Shown piece by piece: positions 1-8,215 of a stretch of DNA of 64,000 bases (the first letter of the stretch is position 1; each line of letters starts with the position of its first letter). A program made the translations under genes and the position numbers. The notes below the pieces were generated by a model. The model was not told the origin of the DNA and searched no databases. It worked only from the letters and a program-made list of their open reading frames with translations. Origin of the DNA: an uncultured Alphaproteobacteria bacterium (GTDB lineage Bacteria > Pseudomonadota > Alphaproteobacteria > Rhizobiales > Methyloligellaceae); contig CAWGTS010000002.1 of assembly GCA_963825655.1 (NCBI GenBank), forward strand, positions 144,549-208,548. The letters run 5' to 3'.

Positions 1-628
1 TCACTCGCCGCTCGAAGTTGGCCGCAACGTTTCGACCTGCCCGTCCGCGATGGGCGGCAAGGATCAGCAGCCCGCTTCGGTCGATCCCAAGGAGCCGAAC
101 CTGTTCTATGTGCCGACCAACAACTGGTGCATGGAGCTGGAGCCCCAGGAGCGCACGCACACCAACCAGGGCACGGTCTACGTGTTCGCCAACGTGTACA
201 TGTATCCCGAGAAGCCCGGCACCACCGGCAAGATCAAGAAGTACGACGTCTTGACCGGAAAGACGGTGTGGGAGATCCCGGATCCGTATCCGAACTGGAG
301 CGGCACCATGGTCACCGACGGCGGCCTGATGTTCTACGGTTCGCTCGGCGGCGACTTCCGCGCGGTCGACCGGAACTCGGGCAAGGTCCTGTGGAGCCGC
401 AAGCTCGCCTCCGGCATCATCGGCAATCCGATCACCTTTAAGGTGGGCGGCACGCAGTATGTCGGCATTTACTCCGGCATCGGCGGCTGGATCGGCCGTC
501 CGGTCACCGCGGGTCTGGATCTGAGTGACAAGTTCGGCGCCATCGGTGCCACCGCCATGACCAAGGCCGCTGGCCTGCAGCACGTGCCTCAGGGCGGCGC
601 GCTGAACGTCTTCCGCATCTACGAGTAG
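1..628 (+). CDS. xoxF: PQQ-dependent methanol dehydrogenase, XoxF-type, copy 1 (5' end outside window)
   Basis: Frame open from nt 2 (HSPLEVGRNVSTCPSAMGGKDQQP...GIGGWIG...NVFRIYE*). Matches the C-terminal 208 aa of 1339..3246 with 12 substitutions. Confidence 0.9.
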   Translation, partial: HSPLEVGRNVSTCPSAMGGKDQQPASVDPKEPNLFYVPTNNWCMELEPQERTHTNQGTVYVFANVYMYPEKPGTTGKIKKYDVLTGKTVWEIPDPYPNWSGTMVTDGGLMFYGSLGGDFRAVDRNSGKVLWSRKLASGIIGNPITFKVGGTQYVGIYSGIGGWIGRPVTAGLDLSDKFGAIGATAMTKAAGLQHVPQGGALNVFRIYE

Positions 629-653
629 TAGGCGCGACCCTGACGAGACGGCT

Positions 654-689
654 GACGCCCGATGCCTACCGGCATCGGGCGTCTTTATT
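654..689 (+). terminator. Intrinsic terminator after xoxF copy 1
   Basis: GACGCCCGATGCC-tacc-GGCATCGGGCGTC followed by TTTATT. Confidence 0.85.
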
Positions 690-943
690 AATAGCCCCGC
701 ACCTGGCGGAGCAGGGCATCGGAACGGCCTCGAGGGACCAAGCGGCAAAGCGCCTTGAGATTAGGACAGCGTGACGGGGCGACGTGAGTTTCGCGACGAG
801 CGGCTTTCCGTGTTCCCGATGCGGCCGGTTCAGACATTGGATCAACGTGTCGGTGCGCTGCACACAAACTCCGAAAGATTTCACTTAATGCCGGGGCTTG
901 TCGGTTTGCGCCTTTGATGCAGCGCAACAAGGGGGAATGGGAT

Positions 944-1023
944 TTGGCAGATTCCATTGCCATGAGCACTTTTCACTTGCATTGGCATTACATTTGGCAA
1001 TTATGAGCGGGCAGCTTGGCAAT
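944..1023. promoter_or_regulatory. Cluster of TTGGCA(AT) motifs upstream of xoxF copy 2, putative regulator sites
   Basis: TTGGCA at 944, 982, 994 and 1016, inverted ATTGCCA at 956, further copy at 1244. Confidence 0.4.
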
Positions 1024-1338
1024 GTGTGGGATGCGTGTTTCCACAAACAAAGCGGAATCACCGTGTCCCACTCTGAGTTAGGCTGAAATTCCTCGTGAGG
1101 TGTCACCGCGTGATGTGTTCATCGGAGAACCCGCCGCCAGGAGCGGGCGCGAGGCGCACTGATTTGCTTCGGCGCTTTCGGGCCGCCTCCAACATCCACA
1201 ACCACAGTGACAGCTTGAAAACTTGCAAGGGCTCAGTGACCTCTTGGCAATAGCGCCTAGGGGTACGAAGACCCAAGCAAAACAGAATAGCTCAGCTTTC
1301 GTTTCGGTGAACTGAGTAGCTAGGGAGAGGAGAACGAT

Positions 1339-3246
1339 ATGAAACTGAAGTATGGTGTTCTGGCCGGCACCCTCGTCGCAGTGACGATGGGTCTGTCTGG
1401 TCAGGCGTTAGCAAACACCGATGAGGAGCAGCTGAAGCGTATGGCTGATCCCGACCAGTGGCCTGCCCCTGGTCGTGATTTCGCGATGACGCGTCACAGC
1501 GAACTCTCCGACATCACCACCAAGAACGTGAACAAGCTGCAGATGGCTTGGCTGCAGGGCACCAACGCCCTTCGAGGTCACGAAGGCCAGCCGCTTGTGA
1601 TCAAGGACGTCGGCGGCAAGACCATGCTGTTCATGGTTTCCGGTTGCCCGTCCATGGCCAACTGTAACGTTGTGCAGGCTCTCGATCTTACGGATCCTGA
1701 CAACCCGAAGCAGGTTTGGTCCTACGTGAAGAAGACCGACCGTGACGAGTCGGCTGTGCCGCGCGCTTGCTGCGACACCGTCAACCGTGGCGGCTCCTAT
1801 GCCGATGGCAAGTTCGTGTATGGCACTCTCGACGGTTTCGTGATTGCCCTCGATGGCCAGACCGGTAAGGAAGTCTGGGTCGTCAAGTACGCCTATCCCG
1901 AGAAGGGCGAGACCATCACGCCGGCTCCGTTGATCGCCGACAATTTGGTGGTCATGGGCTTCGGTGGTGACGAGTTCGCTGCTCGTGGCCGCGTCGCCGC
2001 CTTCAATCTGTCGGACGGCTCCGAGGCTTGGGTGTGCCACAGCACGGGTTCCGACGAGGACGTGTGCCTGACGGCTGAGACCAACAAGGCCAATCCGCAC
2101 TTCGGTCAAGCCGGTCAGGATCTTGGCATCAAGACCTTCCCCGGCGAAGACTACAAGATCGGCGGTGGTGCTGCTTGGGGTTGGTTTACCTACGATCCCG
2201 AGCTGAAGCTGGTGTACTACTCGACCGGTAACCCCGGCCTGTGGAGCCCCCAGTATCGTTGCCCCGACAAGACCCACGAAGAATGCAACGAATTCGATTC
2301 CTCGATCGGTTCGGGCCCATTCGACAACAAGTGGTCGATGACCATCTTCGCTCGCAAGATCGAAAATGGTGAGGCTGTCTTCGCCTATCAGATGACTCCT
2401 TTCGATCAGTGGGACTATGACGGCATCAACGAGAACATCCTGACCGACATGAAGATCGACGGTAAGGATGTGAAGGCGCTTACTCACTTCGATCGTAATG
2501 GCTTTGCTTACGTGCTCGACCGTACCGACGGTACCCTTCTCCGCGCCACGAAATACGTGACGACGGACTGGGCCGAGAAGGTCGACATGAAGACTGGCCG
2601 TCCGGTCAAGGTGCGTGACCACTCGCCGCTCGAAGTTGGCCGCAACGTCTCTAGCTGCCCGTCCGCGATGGGTGGCAAGGACCAGCAGCCTGGTGCGGTC
2701 GATCCGAAGGAGCCGAACCTGTTCTACATGCCCACCAACAACTGGTGCATGGAGCTGGAGCCCCAGGAGCGCACGCACACGAACCAGGGCACTGTCTACG
2801 TGTTCGCGAACGTGTACATGTATCCTGAGAAGCCCGGCACCACCGGCAAAATCAAGAAGTACGACGTCCTGACTGGTAAGACCGTCTGGGAGATCCCGGA
2901 TCCTTACCCGAACTGGGGTGGTACAATGGTTACCGACGGTGGTCTGATGTTCTACGGTTCGCTTGGTGGCGACTTCCGCGCGGTCGACCGGAATTCCGGT
3001 AAGGTCCTGTGGAGCCGCAAGCTTGGTTCCGGCATCATCGGCAACCCGATCACCTACAAGGTGGGCGGTAAGCAGTATGTCGGCGTTTACTCCGGCATCG
3101 GCGGCTGGATCGGTCTTCCGGTCACCGCTGGTCTGGATCTGAGCGACAAGTTCGGCGCCATTGGTGCCACCGCCATGACCAAGGCCGCTGGCCTGCAGCA
3201 TATCCCGCAGGGTGGTGAACTGAACGTGTTCCGCATCTACGAGTAA
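1339..3246 (+). CDS. xoxF: Lanthanide-dependent PQQ methanol dehydrogenase, XoxF-type, copy 2 (clade possibly XoxF1, inferred)
   Basis: Signal peptide; vicinal CCDTVNRG; GGDEFAARG (metal Glu); TGNPG (metal Asn); WDYDG with the extra Asp diagnostic of Ln binding (MxaF has DYAG); GIGGW; RBS GGGAGAGG. Confidence 0.92.
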   Translation: MKLKYGVLAGTLVAVTMGLSGQALANTDEEQLKRMADPDQWPAPGRDFAMTRHSELSDITTKNVNKLQMAWLQGTNALRGHEGQPLVIKDVGGKTMLFMVSGCPSMANCNVVQALDLTDPDNPKQVWSYVKKTDRDESAVPRACCDTVNRGGSYADGKFVYGTLDGFVIALDGQTGKEVWVVKYAYPEKGETITPAPLIADNLVVMGFGGDEFAARGRVAAFNLSDGSEAWVCHSTGSDEDVCLTAETNKANPHFGQAGQDLGIKTFPGEDYKIGGGAAWGWFTYDPELKLVYYSTGNPGLWSPQYRCPDKTHEECNEFDSSIGSGPFDNKWSMTIFARKIENGEAVFAYQMTPFDQWDYDGINENILTDMKIDGKDVKALTHFDRNGFAYVLDRTDGTLLRATKYVTTDWAEKVDMKTGRPVKVRDHSPLEVGRNVSSCPSAMGGKDQQPGAVDPKEPNLFYMPTNNWCMELEPQERTHTNQGTVYVFANVYMYPEKPGTTGKIKKYDVLTGKTVWEIPDPYPNWGGTMVTDGGLMFYGSLGGDFRAVDRNSGKVLWSRKLGSGIIGNPITYKVGGKQYVGVYSGIGGWIGLPVTAGLDLSDKFGAIGATAMTKAAGLQHIPQGGELNVFRIYE

Positions 3247-3275
3247 TCGTCGATAGCAGAAACGTGTAGATTAAC

Positions 3276-3311
3276 GGCGTCCGATGCCCTTGCGGCATCG
3301 GGCGCCTTTTT
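3276..3311 (+). terminator. Intrinsic terminator after xoxF copy 2
   Basis: GGCGTCCGATGCC-cttgc-GGCATCGGGCGCC-TTTTT; nearly the same stem as after copy 1. Confidence 0.85.
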
Positions 3312-3409
3312 CCTATATAACGCTGAAAGATTAGGCACCCACGGCGGGTCAGTCCGGTGGGATTTCAATCCTAGCGTTCCGGCCCGCCTTGCAAACAAGG
3401 CGATAGTCC

Positions 3410-5242
3410 GTGTCATCCCCCCAATTTTCCCTTACCGCGGTTCTGGCTGCGGGCATTCTCACTATCGGCATCGCGGCGGCGTCTGCTGCCGAAAGCAAGA
3501 CCGTTCAGCGCGACCTCAACAAGACGTATGAGGAGCTCACCCCGAGTGAGCACATCGCCATCCGGGCCGCGGCCAAGGCGGCCTACAAGGCCAAGAAGCT
3601 CAGGACGCTCAATATCTGCGCCGATCCCGGCAATATGCCGCTCTCGAACATGGAGAGAGAGGGTTTCCAGAACAAGCTGGCGAAGCTGCTCGCTGACGCC
3701 ACCGGCGCCGAGATCAAGTATCATTGGCAGCCCTTCATCGAGCGCGGGCTAACGCGCTCGACATTCGAAGAGCATTACTGCGACGTGATGTTCGATGTCC
3801 CATCGAACTATGATCGGCTTCTCACGACCGAGCCGATTTACAAGACGCCTTACGTGCTCGTTTATCGGAGCGACGAGGGGCTGGAACTTTCCGGGTTGGA
3901 CGATCCGAAGCTCAAGGATCTCAAGATCGGCGTGTTCCAGACTTCTGGCGTTCGCCGGGCCCTGGCCAAACGCGGCATCTTCGAGAACGTAGAGCTGCAG
4001 CTCCAGACCCACGATGGCGATCTGGTTCCCGAGAACCAGCCCTGGTACGTGATTCAGAAAATGCTCGACGGAAAGCTTGATGTGGCTGCCGTGTTCGGGC
4101 CCTTCGCCGGCTGGGTGAAGACCATGAAGAACGAGCCGATCGCGATCCAGCCGATCAATCTCGATGACGACACAGTGCAGATGGAGTTCGAGCTCGCGAT
4201 CGGCGTGCGTCCGACGGACGTCTTCCTCAAATATCTGCTCGATTGGGCGCTTGAGGATAACGCCGAGCAGGTCGAGGCGATTATGGAAGAGTACGGCGTC
4301 CCGCTCGTTCAGTGCAGCAAGTGCATCGTCCCGGGCAATCTGCCGGCCCATGGCAGCTACATCAAGCTCGCCGACCAGAAGTTCGAAGCGCGTCCCGACC
4401 TTGCCTCGCCCGATCAGATCGTGACGCAAGAGAAGCTGGAGGAGTGGCTGGCCGGAGGCGCCGACCCGCAGCAGGAGCTGAGCAACGCGCTCATCGCCAA
4501 TGATCACGATCGCATCATGTTCCTGGTCGGCAAAGGCGCCGACGTCAATAAGCGCGACTTGCAGGGGTGGACCCCGCTGACCAGCGCCGCGCGTCAGCGC
4601 CACGACAAAACGATCGATCTTTTGGTCGAGCTCGGGGCTGACCCCAATAAGCATGACGGCAACGGCATTACGCCACTCGCCGCCGCGCTGATGCGCGACC
4701 ATATTCCCTCGATCAAGACGCTGATCGATCACGGCGCCGATCTGGAAGAGCCTGGCCAGGACGGTTTCAGGCCGCTGGCACTGGCGATCGCGGAGCAGAA
4801 ATACGAGGCGGCAATGGCGCTTATGGAGGGGGGCGCCGATGTGAGCACGCCTTCCGGCAGCGAAGGTTTGACGCCGTTGATGATCGTTGCCGCCCAGACC
4901 GGCCCGGCGGAAGGCTCGATCTTTCTACCCGGCAGCACGCGGCCGACCGACCTCGCCAAGGCCTTGATCAACGAGGGCGCGGACGTGGACGCACAGGCCA
5001 AGAACGGCATGACGGCACTGATGATCGCGGCCGCCAACAACAGCGCTCCAATGATCGGACTGCTCATGGATGCGGGCGCCGATCCCACGGTGAAAAACGC
5101 CCGTGGCGAGACCGCCGAGGATGTCGCCAACCTCAATAACAACAAGGAAGCCTCCCAGGCGATCCGGGTGTTGTCCCTCTCGCGGGCAACCGTCCCGCCT
5201 CAGGCCTCGGACGCTGAAAGCGGAGACACGGCGAAACAGTGA
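3410..5242 (+). CDS. xoxJ: XoxJ/MxaJ-like periplasmic binding protein fused to C-terminal ankyrin repeats
   Basis: Signal peptide; ICADPGNMPLSN...GFQNKLAKLLA typical of MxaJ/XoxJ; about six ankyrin-type repeats (PL..A....LV..GADVN/ADPN). Confidence 0.8.
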   Translation: MSSPQFSLTAVLAAGILTIGIAAASAAESKTVQRDLNKTYEELTPSEHIAIRAAAKAAYKAKKLRTLNICADPGNMPLSNMEREGFQNKLAKLLADATGAEIKYHWQPFIERGLTRSTFEEHYCDVMFDVPSNYDRLLTTEPIYKTPYVLVYRSDEGLELSGLDDPKLKDLKIGVFQTSGVRRALAKRGIFENVELQLQTHDGDLVPENQPWYVIQKMLDGKLDVAAVFGPFAGWVKTMKNEPIAIQPINLDDDTVQMEFELAIGVRPTDVFLKYLLDWALEDNAEQVEAIMEEYGVPLVQCSKCIVPGNLPAHGSYIKLADQKFEARPDLASPDQIVTQEKLEEWLAGGADPQQELSNALIANDHDRIMFLVGKGADVNKRDLQGWTPLTSAARQRHDKTIDLLVELGADPNKHDGNGITPLAAALMRDHIPSIKTLIDHGADLEEPGQDGFRPLALAIAEQKYEAAMALMEGGADVSTPSGSEGLTPLMIVAAQTGPAEGSIFLPGSTRPTDLAKALINEGADVDAQAKNGMTALMIAAANNSAPMIGLLMDAGADPTVKNARGETAEDVANLNNNKEASQAIRVLSLSRATVPPQASDAESGDTAKQ

Positions 5243-6081
5243 TGGCAGTCTTCTCGCAAGTGCTGAGACGGGCAGGGGCCGCGGCGATAGCCGTGGCCTT
5301 CTGTCTAAGTATGGTCGCGTCCGTCTTTGCGGCCGACTATCCCGACTTCAACGACGAGTCGGTGACGAAAAGGACCGAGGAGATCATCAAGGAGCGTTCG
5401 AAGGACGGAGTGTTCGTTTTTCACGATCCAAAGCTCAATGAAGATCTCAATCTGGTCTATGAGAAGATCCGCGTCATTCGTGGCATGAAGGGCTATGGCT
5501 GGTTCGCCAACGCGATCTTTCACGACAAGGATGAGCCCAAGAAGCAATACGCGCTGGATTTCTGGTTTAAGCCCCAGACCGATAGCGACGAGCTCAAATT
5601 GATCGAAATCCGCGTGCAGAAAGGCCCTAAGCGCGACGGCGATAGCTGGATCATGATCACCCGGCTGCCGGTGGCCTGGTGGTGGCTGCCCGTGCAGGAG
5701 CACCCCGGCGATATGGAAGTCGTGCGCGCCTGGCACGTGATGAGCGCGATCCACAATTACATCACGGAGAACAGGAACGAAGACGGCGCCCTAGAGCTAA
5801 AGAACCCGAAGACGGGGGAAGTTATCCCCCTCGATTTCGTCGAGATGCACCAGCCGATCCGCTACTTGAAGAAGCAGGGTGAGTACTTCGCCTGCACGGA
5901 TTTCCGCAAGGCGGGCACCGAGAACGAGTATTACGACGTGGATTTCTGGGTGGACGAAAAGACCGGCCGGCTAAAGGTCTCGGACGTGAAAATCCACAAG
6001 GTTCCAGTCCAAGAGGATGGTATCTGGACCCAAGAAGACCTCTACACTTTCGAGGGCATGGACTTCGAAATCACCCAATAA
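5242..6081 (+). CDS. Secreted protein of unknown function with two homologous domains
   Basis: TGATG overlap with upstream stop (in-frame GTG at 5239 also possible); signal peptide ending VFA; internal duplication; host-like codon use. Confidence 0.85.
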   Translation: MAVFSQVLRRAGAAAIAVAFCLSMVASVFAADYPDFNDESVTKRTEEIIKERSKDGVFVFHDPKLNEDLNLVYEKIRVIRGMKGYGWFANAIFHDKDEPKKQYALDFWFKPQTDSDELKLIEIRVQKGPKRDGDSWIMITRLPVAWWWLPVQEHPGDMEVVRAWHVMSAIHNYITENRNEDGALELKNPKTGEVIPLDFVEMHQPIRYLKKQGEYFACTDFRKAGTENEYYDVDFWVDEKTGRLKVSDVKIHKVPVQEDGIWTQEDLYTFEGMDFEITQ

Positions 6082-6465
6082 ACCAAGCTCTTGGAGGGCG
6101 CCGTTAAGGAAGGCATAATGACGCATCGGCCCTCCCTTTGCGCTCTCCGCAATTTGGATTATGACAAATTATAGCATGGCCATAGTGCCCAAGAGAGCAT
6201 TCCTCATTGTCCCTGATGGGAAGCAAGCTCCAAACAGCATGGGTTCACGGAGGATACGGCATCGCGACCGTGAGGGACAATTCGGCAAGCCCGTCTGAAG
6301 GCGCTGCCGTAAGGGTAGGTGATCCGTTCCCAGGGTCCAAGCCCAAGACAGGGGCCGCTCGCCGACCGCGAGGGGCCGCCTGTGGCGTGCCCATAGTTGT
6401 TCGTGACGAAACCGGGCGTCGAAGCCTTGTTGGCGCCCGTGCGCGCTTGCTCCTTGGCGGCGCGT

Positions 6466-6497
6466 CAGTCCGGCTCCCTGAGCCGGCTGGCTTTTTG
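6466..6497 (+). terminator. Terminator-like hairpin about 50 nt upstream of the first cytochrome c gene
   Basis: CCGGCTC-cct-GAGCCGG core followed by CTGGCTTTTT. Confidence 0.5.
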
Positions 6498-6545
6498 ATT
6501 TCGATAGGCTGAACGAAGATTCCAACTAGGGTAAGGAAACGAAAC

Positions 6546-7067
6546 GTGCGCAAAATCATCACTGGAGTACTGACGGTCGTTCTGTTGGGCGCCGTGAGTG
6601 TATTTGGCTTCAAGGCCATGGCAGAAGAGGAGTGCTGCCCGAAGGACGATCAGACCCCGCCGCTCGAGCTGATCGAAAAGACGCCGATCGGTGGTCTGCA
6701 CAACCCGTATAACGACGATCCCGCGGCCATGGAGGAAGCCGGTCACAAGAAGTACCTCTCCTTCAGCTGCAATGGCTGCCATGGCGGCGGCGGCGGCGGC
6801 GGCATGTGCCCCCCGCTGACCAACGATACCTTTGTCTATGGCGCTGACGACGACACGCTGTTTCGTCTGATCGCCCTTGGCTCGGACGATCTCCAAAAGC
6901 AGGGCTACACGCGCGTCAGGAAGGAGATCGTGACCGGTCCGATGCCGCCTTTTGGCAACATCATCAAGACCTCTGACGATTTGTGGAAGGTCATCGCTTG
7001 GATGCGCGTCAAGAATCCGGGTTCTGTGAAGGACGTGGACAAGCCCGCGCAGACGCCGGGCCAGTAG
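6546..7067 (+). CDS. xoxG: Cytochrome c, XoxG-like electron acceptor, copy 1
   Basis: Signal peptide; single CNGCH heme motif; GPMPPFG axial-Met region; position in xoxF cluster. Confidence 0.75.
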   Translation: MRKIITGVLTVVLLGAVSVFGFKAMAEEECCPKDDQTPPLELIEKTPIGGLHNPYNDDPAAMEEAGHKKYLSFSCNGCHGGGGGGGMCPPLTNDTFVYGADDDTLFRLIALGSDDLQKQGYTRVRKEIVTGPMPPFGNIIKTSDDLWKVIAWMRVKNPGSVKDVDKPAQTPGQ

Positions 7068-7094
7068 CGCTCGCGCCACCGCGATGTCGATTTG

Positions 7095-7130
7095 AAGGCC
7101 GCTGCGCCCCTCGGGGCCGGCGGCCTTTTT
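7095..7130 (+). terminator. Intrinsic terminator
   Basis: AAGGCCGC...GCGGCCTT plus T run. Confidence 0.75.
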
Positions 7131-7435
7131 GTTTGCGTGGCATGCAGGCGCCGCGGCCAAGCACTTATTTATGACTTTCCTTCCGCTGCGGCGGCTGCCA
7201 TGGTGCCCGTGAGGAGCGGGGAATGTTTCCGCTCGCTGGCCACGCCGTAGGTCTAAGACGGTGACGCGTTGTTGGGGCTGGTCTGGGTCTAGCGAGAATC
7301 ACCAACATCTTTGACGGTCCGGCAAGGCTAACGCCTTTTCGATCGCCGACTGCGAACGTGCTGAAGCGCAGCGGGCGATACGCCTGCGCGACTTTATCGC
7401 CCCAAGATCATCCCTAGGGTAAGGAAACCGAAATC

Positions 7436-7954
7436 GTGAGCAAGATTATCACTGGAGTACTGGCCGCCGTTCTCGTTGGCGGTATGAGCCTGATTGCTGG
7501 GACGGCCACGGCAGAGGAGTGCTGTCCGAAGGATGACCAGACCCCGCCACTCGAGCTCATCGAGAAGACGCCCATCGGCGGTCTGCACAATCCCTATAAC
7601 GACGATGTCGATGCGATGGCCGAGATTGGACACAAGAAATATCTGTCCTTTAGCTGCAACGGCTGCCATGGCGGCGGCGGCGGCGGTGGCATGTGCCCGC
7701 CGCTGACCAACGACGCCTGGGTCTATGGCGCCGACGACGACACGGTTTTCAGGTTGATCGCTCTTGGCACCGACGAGCTCAAGAAGCAGGGCTACAAGCG
7801 CGTCCGCACGGAAGTGGTGGTCGGACCGATGCCGCCTTTCGGGACCATCATCAAGACCTCCGATGATCTTTGGAAGGTCATCGCCTTCATCCGTACGAAG
7901 AACCCCAGCTCCATGGAGAAGGTGAGCACGCCGGCACAGACGCCGGGCGAATAG
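7436..7954 (+). CDS. xoxG: Cytochrome c, XoxG-like, copy 2
   Basis: Paralog of 6546..7067 with the same CCPKDDQTPPLELIEKTPIGGLHNPY and CNGCHGGGGGGMCPPL; shared leader CTAGGGTAAGGAAAC. Confidence 0.75.
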   Translation: MSKIITGVLAAVLVGGMSLIAGTATAEECCPKDDQTPPLELIEKTPIGGLHNPYNDDVDAMAEIGHKKYLSFSCNGCHGGGGGGGMCPPLTNDAWVYGADDDTVFRLIALGTDELKKQGYKRVRTEVVVGPMPPFGTIIKTSDDLWKVIAFIRTKNPSSMEKVSTPAQTPGE

Positions 7955-7976
7955 CGCGCGCGGATTTGCATTTTGG

Positions 7977-8010
7977 AGGGCCGCCGCACCCATCGGGCCG
8001 GCGGCCTTTC
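7977..8010 (+). terminator. Intrinsic terminator
   Basis: GGCCGCCG...CGGCGGCC-TTTC, related to the hairpin after copy 1. Confidence 0.65.
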
Positions 8011-8215
8011 TGCTTCCTGAAACATTGGTAATGTTTTTACCACGGCCTGGAAGGGTGTGGTCGAAGTCCATATATTCGTTCAAGAATTCCAGCTCGGCCC
8101 GCTGGCGATTTGGTTGCCATATTGTGCGGTGCGCATTGCCAATCGGTAGCAGGTCTGAGACAGAAGAGCGCCCAGCTCCGGAACACCTCCCATAACCGGA
8201 AACGTTCAGAGAGAC

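Noticed and set aside
944-960. Sigma-54 promoter TTGGCA...TTGC
   Set aside because: GG-to-GC spacing is 11 nt rather than the required 10
1288-1322. Hairpin next to the xoxF2 RBS as a riboswitch
   Set aside because: Weak stem and no known aptamer features
6783-6800. (GGC)6 tract as a phase-variable repeat
   Set aside because: In-frame poly-Gly of identical length in both cytochrome paralogs
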